The notes under the pieces: model-generated
Database searches by the model: none
What the model was told of the DNA's origin: nothing
Seen by the model: only the letters and a program-made list of their open reading frames with translations
From: Deltaproteobacteria bacterium
GTDB taxonomy: Bacteria; Desulfobacterota; GWC2-55-46; JAJCZF01
DNA length: 64,000 bases
Direction: 5' to 3'
Assembly (NCBI GenBank): GCA_029262475.1
Contig: JAJCZG010000122.1
Span: 31,789-95,788 of the forward strand
In this document: piece after piece, positions 48,721 to 57,766 of the stretch
How positions within the stretch are numbered: position 1 is the first letter of the stretch
Layout of the letters: every line of letters begins with the position of its first letter
Made by a program: the position numbers and the translations under genes

Positions 48721-49651
48721 CATTTCCCTTAGAGAGGCTTTTGGCAGAGCTCTTGTAAAGGCCGGTGAGGAGCGAGAGGATTTTGTCGTCTTCGACGCCG
48801 ACGTCGCGGGAGGCACCTGCACCAATTTCTTTCGTGAGGCCTTTCCTGACAGGTTCTTTCAGTGCGGAATAGCAGAGCAAAATATGTTCTCTCTCGCGGC
48901 AGGGTTCTCGACTATGGGAATTACGCCCGTAGTTACCGCCTACGGAGTATTCGCGGCAATGCGCGCGATAGAGCAGGCGAGAAATTCCATAGCATACCCG
49001 AACTTTAACGTAAAGATAGTGGCAAGCCATTTAGGTTTGGACACCGGCCCGGACGGCCCGACGCACCAGTCGATGGAGGATATCGCCATATACCGTTCGA
49101 TAGCGAATTTTACGGTTCTGGCCCCCGGAGACCCGGTTGAGATGCCCGGCGCGGTAAGCGCGATGCTAAATCACAAAGGCCCTCTCTATATGAGGACAGG
49201 CAGGAGCCCTGTGCCGTCGGTCCTGGGCGGGGACGAGAGATTTGAGATCGGTAAGGGTAAGATAGTAAGAGCGGGCACCGATGTAGCGATTATCGCTACC
49301 GGCGTTATGCTCCACAGGGCCTACGGAGCGGCCACCATATTAGGTGAAGAGGGGATAGACGCGATGGTGGTCAATATGAGCTCGATTAAGCCCATAGACA
49401 GGGCGCTTATAATCGAGTGTGCCGAAAAGACAGGTGCGGTTGTTACGGCAGAGGACCATAACAGGTTCGGCGGGCTCGGGTCGGCCGTGGCAGAGATTTT
49501 AGCCGAGACCCTTCCGACCCCGATGAGAATGGTGGCGATAGACGACACCTTCGCAGAATCAGGCGAGCCTGCTCTGCTCGCCGAAAAATACGGAATATCA
49601 ATAGAAGATATAAGGCGCATGGCCAAAGAGGTGATAGATGCAAAGGCTTAA
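48713..49651 (+). CDS. Transketolase, C-terminal subunit
   Basis: FQCGIAEQNMFSLAAGFS...GPTHQSMEDIAIYRSI (transketolase pyrimidine-binding / C-terminal domains). Confidence 0.85.
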   Translation: MNDISLREAFGRALVKAGEEREDFVVFDADVAGGTCTNFFREAFPDRFFQCGIAEQNMFSLAAGFSTMGITPVVTAYGVFAAMRAIEQARNSIAYPNFNVKIVASHLGLDTGPDGPTHQSMEDIAIYRSIANFTVLAPGDPVEMPGAVSAMLNHKGPLYMRTGRSPVPSVLGGDERFEIGKGKIVRAGTDVAIIATGVMLHRAYGAATILGEEGIDAMVVNMSSIKPIDRALIIECAEKTGAVVTAEDHNRFGGLGSAVAEILAETLPTPMRMVAIDDTFAESGEPALLAEKYGISIEDIRRMAKEVIDAKA

Positions 49652-50372
49652 AGGTAAAGTTGCAGTCGTAACGGGAGCGAGCCGGGGCATAGGGTCAGGT
49701 ATTGCCAGAGCTTTTGCCAAAGAAGGCGCGTTAGTTGCCGTCTGTTACAACGAGGGCGTTAAAGGTGCTGATGCCGTAGTAAGTGAAATAGAAGCGTTAG
49801 GCGTCAAGGCCATCTCTGTAAGTCTCCCGGTTGAAGACCGAGGCGCTATAAAAAAAGCATTTAAAGAGATTACTTTCGAGCTTGGTCAGATAGATATACT
49901 CGTAAATAACGCAGGCATTAATATCCCAAACGACTTCGATAAAATTACAGACGCCGACTGGGAGAGGGTTTTGGGCGTTAACCTCACCGGCCCTTTCAAG
50001 GTGACGCAGGTTGCACTGCCGCATTTCACCGACGGCGGTTCCATAATAAATATATCTTCGGTGAGCGGACAGTACGGTGGGCCGAGAACGACCCACTACT
50101 GCGTATCAAAGGCCGGGCTTATTGCGCTTACTCAAAACCTGGCGATATTTTGCGCTAAAAGAAATATCCGCGTAAACGCAATCTCCCCGGGGCTTATCGC
50201 TTCGGATATGGCAGGGGCCGCCACCGGCCTCGGACTGGAAGAAAAGATACTTTTAAAAAAGATGGGCGAATATAAGGACGTAGCAGGAGCGGCGGTCTTT
50301 CTCGCATCCGATGAGTCGTCATACATTACCGGCCATACGCTAAATGTAAACGGAGGGCTTTATATTGGCTAA
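49638..50372 (+). CDS. Short-chain dehydrogenase/reductase (FabG-like SDR)
   Basis: TGASRGIGSGIA cofactor motif. NNAG. YxxxK catalytic motif (YCVSK). Confidence 0.85.
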   Translation: MQRLKGKVAVVTGASRGIGSGIARAFAKEGALVAVCYNEGVKGADAVVSEIEALGVKAISVSLPVEDRGAIKKAFKEITFELGQIDILVNNAGINIPNDFDKITDADWERVLGVNLTGPFKVTQVALPHFTDGGSIINISSVSGQYGGPRTTHYCVSKAGLIALTQNLAIFCAKRNIRVNAISPGLIASDMAGAATGLGLEEKILLKKMGEYKDVAGAAVFLASDESSYITGHTLNVNGGLYIG

Positions 50373-51591
50373 GGTCCTCATAATAATCGGCGCCGGCATT
50401 GAACAGGTGAGGGCCTATGAGGTCGCTAAAGCGATGGGCCTTAAGGTCGTTGGTACGGATATAAACCCCGACGCACCGGCATTTGAGTACGCCGACGGAG
50501 CTATAATCGCTAGTACAAGGGACCACGGCGAGACACTAAAGGCCGTTATAAATTATTTTTTCGAGAATAAGGATGACAAGGTAACAGGCGTCATGACTAT
50601 CGCTAACGACGTGCCGATGACGGTCGCGACAGTCGCCGAACACTTCGACCTGCCGGGGCTTCTCACAGACTCGGCTATCATTGCGTCGGATAAATTCCTT
50701 ATGAAGGAGAGCTTTAAATTCGACGGTGTTAAGACTTCAAAATTTTCCGAGGTCTCTTGCCATATCGAAATAATTGACGCTGCTGAGGCGTGGGGCTGGC
50801 CACTTGTGATAAAGCCCGTTGACGGACGAGGGGCGAGGGGGGTTTTATTAATAGACGAGTCTACCGACCTTAAATGGGCTTACAACGAGAGCCTCTCGTT
50901 TTCGACCGTCAAGCGCGTCATGGTTGAGAGCTTTCTCTCCGGGCCGCAGATAAGCACCGAGTCGATGATGATCGGCGGCAAGTGTTATACCCCGGCATAT
51001 TCCGATAGGAATTACAGCCGCCTCGATGAATTTATCCCGTACATGATAGAGGACGGAGGCACTATGCCAGCCCTCCTCTCCGAGGAAGAGAGAAGAGCCA
51101 TAAACGCCCTCGTCGAGAGCGGCGCTCTTGCAATGGGCATAACCGACGGCATAGTAAAGGGCGACATAGTCTTAACCGAAAAGGGGCCTGCGATAATAGA
51201 GCTTGCCGCAAGGCTTAGCGGAGGCTACTTCGCAACAGACCAGATACCGCTATCAACCGGCGTTGACATGGTTAGTGCAGCGGTTAAATATGCCGTGGGT
51301 GAGCCGTTAAAACCGGAGGATTTCACGCCTCTTTACTCAAGGGGCGCAGCTATTCGGTTCTTCTTTCCTCCCGAGGGAGTAATTGATGAAATTAAGGGAG
51401 CTAGGGAGCTCTCATCCATGCCGGGCGTACGAAGATCATCACTCTACCGGGCCGAGGGAGACGAGCAGCCGCAGGTCCGCGCCCACCCGGACAGGGCCGG
51501 TTTTGTGATAGCCGACGGTGTGGACCGCGGGGAAGCGCTTCAACGGGTCGAAGCTGCAATTGACTCCGTCATCTTCAAGGTAAAGCGTTAG
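50365..51591 (+). CDS. ATP-grasp domain ligase
   Basis: ATP-grasp fold motifs (WPLVIKPVDGRGARGVLLI). Pre-ATP-grasp N-domain. Confidence 0.7.
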   Translation: MAKVLIIIGAGIEQVRAYEVAKAMGLKVVGTDINPDAPAFEYADGAIIASTRDHGETLKAVINYFFENKDDKVTGVMTIANDVPMTVATVAEHFDLPGLLTDSAIIASDKFLMKESFKFDGVKTSKFSEVSCHIEIIDAAEAWGWPLVIKPVDGRGARGVLLIDESTDLKWAYNESLSFSTVKRVMVESFLSGPQISTESMMIGGKCYTPAYSDRNYSRLDEFIPYMIEDGGTMPALLSEEERRAINALVESGALAMGITDGIVKGDIVLTEKGPAIIELAARLSGGYFATDQIPLSTGVDMVSAAVKYAVGEPLKPEDFTPLYSRGAAIRFFFPPEGVIDEIKGARELSSMPGVRRSSLYRAEGDEQPQVRAHPDRAGFVIADGVDRGEALQRVEAAIDSVIFKVKR

Positions 51592-51602
51592 GCGCGCCTT
51601 AT

Positions 51603-53636
51603 ATGCCGATACTTAAACTCTACACACTCTTTCATCTAAACCTCGCCTTCTCTTCTATAGCCAGAGACGATTACGCTCGTCTTATCCGGGACGCTTACAC
51701 CCCGATACTCGACCTTGCTGAGCGTGGCACGCCCGTAGGAGTAGAGGCGACCGCCTGCACCCTGAGCGAAATAAAAAGAATTGACGAAGGTTTTATCGAG
51801 CGCCTTTCCTCATTATGTAACGACGGCAGGGCCGAATTCATAGGCTCGGGCCTTAGCCAGCTCATAATGCCGCTCGCCCCTGTCGAGGTGAACCGATGGA
51901 ACCTTGCGGCAGCGAACAAATACTATAGAGAGTTCCTCGGAACTACGCCGAAGACAGCACTTGTGAACGAACAGACATTCTCCGGCGCCCTGGTGGATCT
52001 CTACCTGGAGGCAGGTTATGAAACGCTCGTTATGGACTGGAATAACTCGGCCCGTTATAACTCATATCCAAAAGAGTACCTCTATTACCCGCAGAGGAGT
52101 GCTGGAAGGACGGGTGAGATTAACCTCCTCTGGAGCCACTCGATAGCCTTTCAGAAGTTTCAAAGATATATACACGGTATAATCACACTTGACGAGTATC
52201 TCGAATTCATAGAGTCGCAGAAGGGAGCGGCCGAGCTCGCCGCCTCCGATGGGTCGGTTCCAGGCTTCCCTCTCTACGGTAATGACGCCGAGGTCTTCGA
52301 CTTCAGGCCGGGCGGCGACGCACGCACCAGTTCTCTCGGTGAATGGGATAAGATAGCCGACCTCTACGAGATATTTAAGCGTGACGAGAGCGTCGAACTG
52401 GTGCTCCCCTCCGAATTTGTAAATAGTGTGATCTCATCACCAGGCCCCTCGGCCCTTAATACCGTAAGGCTTACTTCCCCCGAGACTCCGCTCCCGTGTA
52501 AGAAACAGAATAAATATAACCCCACCAGGTGGGCCGTGACGGGCAGAGATAGCGTCCATGTAAATACCCAGTGCTATAAGGCCCTCGGTAACATCCTGAA
52601 GCTCGAAGCCTCTATAAGTGACGAAGCCGCCGAAGCGCTACGCGAAAAACTATGCCTCCTCTGGGGAAGTGATTTTAGAACCAATACAACGGACGAAAAG
52701 CTCCGTGAGTTCCAAAACTCAATGGGGTGGCTCATGGTAGAGACCGAAAGGCTTCTGGCCTCTAATGTTAGCTCCAGAGAGGGCAACGCAGGGGCGGGCT
52801 CCACCGGTGCCGTAGCTAATGGTAAAGACTTCGCCAAGGCGAAGATAGAAACTGATAAGAAGATACTCTCCGTTGAGTGCCCCGGTATACGCGCTGAATT
52901 CCTCCTTACTAAAGGGCTCTCGATAAAATCGCTTACATTCCCGGAGTTAACGGATAAGCCTGTAATCGGAACACTCCCCCACGGTTACTTTGACGACATA
53001 CACCTCGGGGCAGACTTCTTTAGCGGGCACTTCATAAATGTCCAGCGCGACGGGCGTAAGGTTACAGACCTCTCTACAGTAGAGCCAGGTATCCATGACG
53101 GGCCGGAGAGCGTAACGATCTCTGCGGCTATACCGATGGAGACGGGTAATCTATTAAAGACATTTACGCTTCATAAGGGCAAACCTCGTCTTGAAATAAA
53201 TTACAGGCTTAAGCTCGACGGGCTGGCCGCGTCAAGTCTTAGGCTCGCAATACTATCATTTTTCCCTACGGCCTTTAATAAGGAAAGTCTCTGGTACGAG
53301 TCCGTAAACGGCGGCGATGAGCCGGAGAGGTTCTACCTGCTGGGCAAGAGCGTTAAACACGACGAAGCGGTTAGCTCTACCGTAAGCGCATCTAGCTGCC
53401 TTGGCGCTACCGACGGCTCCGTCGTGATCGGTGACGATGATATTGCTGTGAGGATATCGAGCGACAGGTCAGAGCTCTTTTCGGCACCGTTATTGCATTA
53501 TTTTGAGACAGACGACAAGTATTTTCTACGCCTCTCGCATTCTATCGGCGAAGTCGACGACACGGCCTTCTGGGTCTGGAGGGGTATTAACACTATAGGT
53601 TTTACGATAGAACCAGTACTGAAGAGTGATAAGTGA
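51603..53636 (+). CDS. Large hypothetical protein with a GH57-like (glycoside hydrolase family 57 / DUF1957-type) N-terminal domain
   Basis: N-terminal LFHLNLAFSSI...NEQTF...EAGYETLVMDWNNS resembles the GH57 (beta/alpha)7 barrel region. No other motifs recognised. Confidence 0.3.
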   Translation: MPILKLYTLFHLNLAFSSIARDDYARLIRDAYTPILDLAERGTPVGVEATACTLSEIKRIDEGFIERLSSLCNDGRAEFIGSGLSQLIMPLAPVEVNRWNLAAANKYYREFLGTTPKTALVNEQTFSGALVDLYLEAGYETLVMDWNNSARYNSYPKEYLYYPQRSAGRTGEINLLWSHSIAFQKFQRYIHGIITLDEYLEFIESQKGAAELAASDGSVPGFPLYGNDAEVFDFRPGGDARTSSLGEWDKIADLYEIFKRDESVELVLPSEFVNSVISSPGPSALNTVRLTSPETPLPCKKQNKYNPTRWAVTGRDSVHVNTQCYKALGNILKLEASISDEAAEALREKLCLLWGSDFRTNTTDEKLREFQNSMGWLMVETERLLASNVSSREGNAGAGSTGAVANGKDFAKAKIETDKKILSVECPGIRAEFLLTKGLSIKSLTFPELTDKPVIGTLPHGYFDDIHLGADFFSGHFINVQRDGRKVTDLSTVEPGIHDGPESVTISAAIPMETGNLLKTFTLHKGKPRLEINYRLKLDGLAASSLRLAILSFFPTAFNKESLWYESVNGGDEPERFYLLGKSVKHDEAVSSTVSASSCLGATDGSVVIGDDDIAVRISSDRSELFSAPLLHYFETDDKYFLRLSHSIGEVDDTAFWVWRGINTIGFTIEPVLKSDK

Positions 53637-55549
53637 CTGAAATATTTAATAAAAACATAAAAGCTTTAAGGAAGAAGAACCCGGCACTTGCCGAGCTCCT
53701 CTCAACCGTTGATGCAGAAGAGATTGTAGTTGAGGAAGCAAAGGCAGGGGAGAAGACCTTTACCTTCAAGGGCAAGTATTTTCATAGCCGCTATGACCCT
53801 GTTACCGAGGCCAAGCGGAGCGTCGAGCTCATTATGAAGAAGAAGCGCGACTGGATCCTGGTCTTTGGTCTCGGTTTCGGGTATGTGCCAAGTCTGCTCC
53901 TCGAAGAAGAGATCTATTCCGTTATGATCTATGAGCCAAGCCCGGGTCTCCTGCGCTCGATACTGGAGTCCGTAGATATGACCGGCCTTATAAGATCAGC
54001 CTCGGTTAAGTTTACTACGAGCCTGGATGATGTTAGAAAACTGGTGGACCAGAAGACCGACGGAGTTGAGGACATAGTCCAGTTCCAGACCGCGCCGTAT
54101 AAGAATACATTCGAAAAGGAGTTCATGGACTTCGCCTTTACGGTAAATAACGCCTACTCCAAGAGGAGGCTAAATATCAATACGCTCGTCTATTCTTCAA
54201 AGAGCTGGCTGGAGAATTATCTTGAGAATGTGTCGTCTCTTATCGAGAGTCCGACGATAGACGTCTTGAAGGATCAATTCGCAGGCTTGCCGACATTAAT
54301 AGTAGGCGCGGGGCCGTCCCTTGAGAAGAACGCTCACCTCATAAAAGAGGTAAAGGGCAAGGCCCTCATTGTCGCCGCTATCTCGGCGTATCGCCCTCTT
54401 TTGAAGTTCGGCGTAGTGCCGGACCTTGTGATATCGGCCGAGAAGGTCGCCCTCTCGACATTTTTCGCCAATGGTAAGGAGGACGAAGAGGTACGCCTCC
54501 TCCTGGCCGAGGTATCTAATCCGACCCTCTATACGGAGAGGAAGGTGAGGGAGAGGTATACTTATTTCTGCACCTATAACACCCTCTCCCGCGAGCACGC
54601 GGCCTTTTGGGGGAGCAGTTACTTTCCGGGCGGGAGCGGCAGCGTATCGACTACCGCACTCGATATAGCCCTCTATGCGGGCGCAAGCCCGGTTATACTC
54701 CTTGGTCAAGACCTCTCTTATTCAAACAATAAGACGCATGTTACAGGGAGCGTCTACGGAGAGCAAAAGCTGGAGTTCGGAAGAAACGGCGTTAATATTA
54801 AGGAGCAGGAGGTATATACCGCAGAGCCTATCGAAAGAAAAGGCGACCTCCTCTGGGTTGACGGTATGGACGGGAAGCTGATCCCGAGCTGCGCGGCCTG
54901 GGTAACGGTCCTTCAGTGGTTCGAAGATTACAGTGAGAGAATTAGTGGACAGGAGAATCCTCCGGTTCTTATAAATTCCTCCGAAGGCGCGGCGGCTATA
55001 AAGGGTTATGAGAATATGCCCTTCTCCGCAGTCATAGAAAAGTATTTTAATAATAGCGACGAGCGCACTGAAAGCAGTGCCGTGGAGGAGGCGTTCCGAA
55101 GGGTTGATAACACCTCCGTTGATGTCGATTGGCAGGCCCTCTACAACTCCTTTGATATCTTCTTTGTTTCACTCGGGAAGATCGAAAAGATCGCCGACCA
55201 AATAGTTAGTAAGGCTAAAAAGCTAAGGAAAACTATAGAATCGTCGGGGCTTTCGCCGGAGCTCCTTAGCGCGACAAGAAAGATAAGGGGCCTTGAGAAG
55301 AAGCTCTTCAAGATTGTAAAGGACGCCCTCTTCCTCCTTGAAGCCCTGGCGGCCCTGGACCATGCCCTGAAGCTCCAGCAGAAGAATGAAGAGCTAATTG
55401 AGGACGATAAGGAGCAGGCGTTAAAAGATTTAAAACACGTTATTCAGACCTACAGCGTAGTTGCCGTTAACGCCAGACACTTCATAAAACTTATAAAAGA
55501 GGCGAGAAGAAGCACCGAAGAGAAGCTTAAGGGCGTCGCCGCGATTTAA
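53633..55549 (+). CDS. maf: Motility accessory factor (Maf, DUF115/MptE-like): a putative flagellin nonulosonic-acid glycosyltransferase
   Basis: Maf-type N-terminus (IFNKNIKALRKKNPALAELL). Central DUF115 motif (LIVGAGPSL...VPDLVISAEK). The size (about 640 aa) and position next to pse genes and flagellin also fit. Confidence 0.75.
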   Translation: MTEIFNKNIKALRKKNPALAELLSTVDAEEIVVEEAKAGEKTFTFKGKYFHSRYDPVTEAKRSVELIMKKKRDWILVFGLGFGYVPSLLLEEEIYSVMIYEPSPGLLRSILESVDMTGLIRSASVKFTTSLDDVRKLVDQKTDGVEDIVQFQTAPYKNTFEKEFMDFAFTVNNAYSKRRLNINTLVYSSKSWLENYLENVSSLIESPTIDVLKDQFAGLPTLIVGAGPSLEKNAHLIKEVKGKALIVAAISAYRPLLKFGVVPDLVISAEKVALSTFFANGKEDEEVRLLLAEVSNPTLYTERKVRERYTYFCTYNTLSREHAAFWGSSYFPGGSGSVSTTALDIALYAGASPVILLGQDLSYSNNKTHVTGSVYGEQKLEFGRNGVNIKEQEVYTAEPIERKGDLLWVDGMDGKLIPSCAAWVTVLQWFEDYSERISGQENPPVLINSSEGAAAIKGYENMPFSAVIEKYFNNSDERTESSAVEEAFRRVDNTSVDVDWQALYNSFDIFFVSLGKIEKIADQIVSKAKKLRKTIESSGLSPELLSATRKIRGLEKKLFKIVKDALFLLEALAALDHALKLQQKNEELIEDDKEQALKDLKHVIQTYSVVAVNARHFIKLIKEARRSTEEKLKGVAAI

Positions 55550-55588
55550 TTTCTTTTAAAAAATGTAAACTCTGGAGATAGAGCTTAA

Positions 55589-56212
55589 ATGACGCAGATA
55601 TTTTTAAACCACGTAAAAGTCGATTTTGAGATAGAAGGCGACGATACCGATGTCGGCTCATGCATAAAGGCGTTCGAAGACGAGCTTAACTCGTGCGCTC
55701 ATATCATTACAAGCATTTGCGTTGACGGCGAGGAGGTTACTGACTGGAGAGAAAAACCCTTCCAGTCAAAACTCCTGGTAGAGGTAAACGAGCTTAAAAT
55801 ACTTGCCTCAACGCGTGAAGAGCTAGTTTTGGTAGGCTTCGGGTCGTGTCTGCAATTGATACATTTTATATGTAGCGACTTGAATCTGGCGCTTAACAGG
55901 TACAGAGACGAGGAGTACGGTGAAGCCACCGAGGCGCTCTCAAGGGCACTGAACTCCTCACATGACTTAATGAAGACCTACGACGCCATTTCGGTCAATA
56001 TCCGTCTTTCGGTGACCCCACCCGGCTTCACCGGTCTCGTCGAGAGCCTCGAAACCCTAGTCGGCATTTTTGAAGATACAAAGGCAGCCCTGGACTCCGG
56101 TGACGTTATCGCCATAACCGACCTTATTGAATATGAGGCCATTCCCCTAGTAGAGCTTGTAGGAGAAGAGCTCACCCTCCTCTCCAATAAAGGAGATTCT
56201 CTGAAAGATTAA
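55589..56212 (+). CDS. Hypothetical protein (207 aa) between maf and flagellin
   Basis: ORF with a good ribosome-binding site (GGAGATAGAG) and no recognisable motif. Confidence 0.4.
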   Translation: MTQIFLNHVKVDFEIEGDDTDVGSCIKAFEDELNSCAHIITSICVDGEEVTDWREKPFQSKLLVEVNELKILASTREELVLVGFGSCLQLIHFICSDLNLALNRYRDEEYGEATEALSRALNSSHDLMKTYDAISVNIRLSVTPPGFTGLVESLETLVGIFEDTKAALDSGDVIAITDLIEYEAIPLVELVGEELTLLSNKGDSLKD

Positions 56213-56220
56213 AAAATCTT

Positions 56221-56248
56221 TAAAGTTTAACCTCAATCTACCGATAAA
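56221..56248 (+). promoter_or_regulatory. Sigma28 promoter of flagellin gene 1: TAAAGTTT-N-aCCGATAA
   Basis: TAAA-N15-ACCGATAA, the same sequence type as the cheW promoter, 180 nt upstream of the flagellin ATG. Confidence 0.65.
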
Positions 56249-56357
56249 TTAAACATAGGATAAGAGTTTAAAAGCGCTCATAGTCCTTTGAGTATAAATC
56301 GGGAATAGAAGGGAGGTTATAGCTGAAGTGAGGTGCATAATAAACACCTTAAAGAGA

Positions 56358-56402
56358 CCGCCGGAAGGCGGCGAGAGAGAATCGAATAATGGCAAGGAAG
56401 CC
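56358..56402 (+). promoter_or_regulatory. Two GGA-in-loop hairpins in the flagellin-1 5'UTR (candidate CsrA binding sites), upstream of the SD AAGGAGG
   Basis: CCGCC-GGAA-GGCGG (56358-56371) and GGC-AAGGAA-GCC (56391-56402). csrA and fliW are encoded in the window. Confidence 0.4.
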
Positions 56403-56428
56403 AATTTTTATACTAAGGAGGGTGAACA

Positions 56429-57256
56429 ATGGGACTCGTAATCAACACCAATATAGCATCACTTATTGCCCAGCAAAATCTTAATATATCCAATAAGCAG
56501 TTAAAACTGAGCGTACAGAGACTTAGCTCCGGCTACAGGGTCAACAGCGCGGCCGATGACGCCGCCGGTATGGCGAGGGCAAGCCTGTTACGCTCCAATT
56601 CGCGTGGAATTCAAGCCGCATTAAGGAATTCCAATGACGGTATAAGTGCGCTCGAAATAGCCGATCAGAGCTCGGCTAAGATCGGCGACATCCTTACGAG
56701 GATGAACGAGCTTGCCGTCAGCGCCTCACAGGGCACACTCGATACCGAGACGAGGGGATACTACCACCTTGAGTGGGCTGAGCTTGTTAAGGAGATAGAC
56801 CGAATAGCCAATGTTACCGAATTCGACGGTAAAAAGTTGCTAGCTTCGGGTATCACTGTTGATATCCAGATCGGTTTCAGAAGCTCCGCAGACGACAGGC
56901 TCACGATGACAATGGGAAAGATGATTGCCAGCACTCTCGGCCTTAACGCCACAGCAGCCGGCCTGAGCGCTCTAACAAGAGCACAGTCCGCAATGGGGCT
57001 GATAAAGACAGCCATAAAGAGCATCAACGGAACACGCGCCAGATTCGGTGCGTTTACTAACAGGCTCGACGCGACCATCTCCAACCTGCAGGTTACATTC
57101 ACCAATATTCAGGCGGCTGAAAGTAGGATAAGAGATGCTGACTTCGCGCACGAGACAGCGCTATTTACCAAGAATCAGATACTGGTACAGTCGGGAGTCT
57201 CCGTCTTGGCACAGGCCAATACGCTTCCGCAGGCTGCGCTGACACTGCTACAATAG
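56429..57256 (+). CDS. fliC: Flagellin (short, about 275 aa, D0/D1 only)
   Basis: MGLVINTNIASLIAQQNLNISNKQLKLSVQRLSSGYRVNSAADDAAGMA...C-terminal LVQSGVSVLAQANTLPQAALTLLQ. Confidence 0.95.
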   Translation: MGLVINTNIASLIAQQNLNISNKQLKLSVQRLSSGYRVNSAADDAAGMARASLLRSNSRGIQAALRNSNDGISALEIADQSSAKIGDILTRMNELAVSASQGTLDTETRGYYHLEWAELVKEIDRIANVTEFDGKKLLASGITVDIQIGFRSSADDRLTMTMGKMIASTLGLNATAAGLSALTRAQSAMGLIKTAIKSINGTRARFGAFTNRLDATISNLQVTFTNIQAAESRIRDADFAHETALFTKNQILVQSGVSVLAQANTLPQAALTLLQ

Positions 57257-57337
57257 GAGAGATCTCTAAACTTTTATGAACTTAGGATAAAATAAGTGCA
57301 TAACAGCCCACAGTCAAAGAATGTGGAGGTGATTACG

Positions 57338-57766
57338 ATGATTAACAGTAGTTCATTAGGCAGTATCGCAGTGAACACATTCGTCGCCTCGCAGATTAAT
57401 GACAGCCGTAGTTTTGTTAGGGCATCCCTTCCGGTTAAGACGATTGTTCCGAAGGCCACAATGGCCGAGGTCTCTCACTCCGATCCGGTGGAAGCAAGCG
57501 CTATATCCGTAAAAGCTAAAGAGGTCTCATCTAGCCTCAATCAACATTTCGGGCACATGGGTCTAAGGTTAAAAGCCGTTATAGATTATGAGTCCATGAA
57601 ATTCGTCGTCAAGGTCATAGACCCCGAGACGAATGAGGTTATTAAGCAGTTTCCGGAAGATAGCCTGATTAAGATAGGGAAGAAAGTCGAAAGTCTGCTA
57701 CAAACATACAGCGGTACGCAGAGTGAAAGCCTTGCGCTGCTAGAGGATTCAATGGTGACGACATGA
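57338..57766 (+). CDS. flaG: Flagellar protein FlaG (start at ATG 57338, after GGAGGTGA)
   Basis: C-terminal FlaG motif (MKFVVKVIDPETNEVIKQFPEDSLIKIGKKVESLL). Confidence 0.75.
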   Translation: MINSSSLGSIAVNTFVASQINDSRSFVRASLPVKTIVPKATMAEVSHSDPVEASAISVKAKEVSSSLNQHFGHMGLRLKAVIDYESMKFVVKVIDPETNEVIKQFPEDSLIKIGKKVESLLQTYSGTQSESLALLEDSMVTT

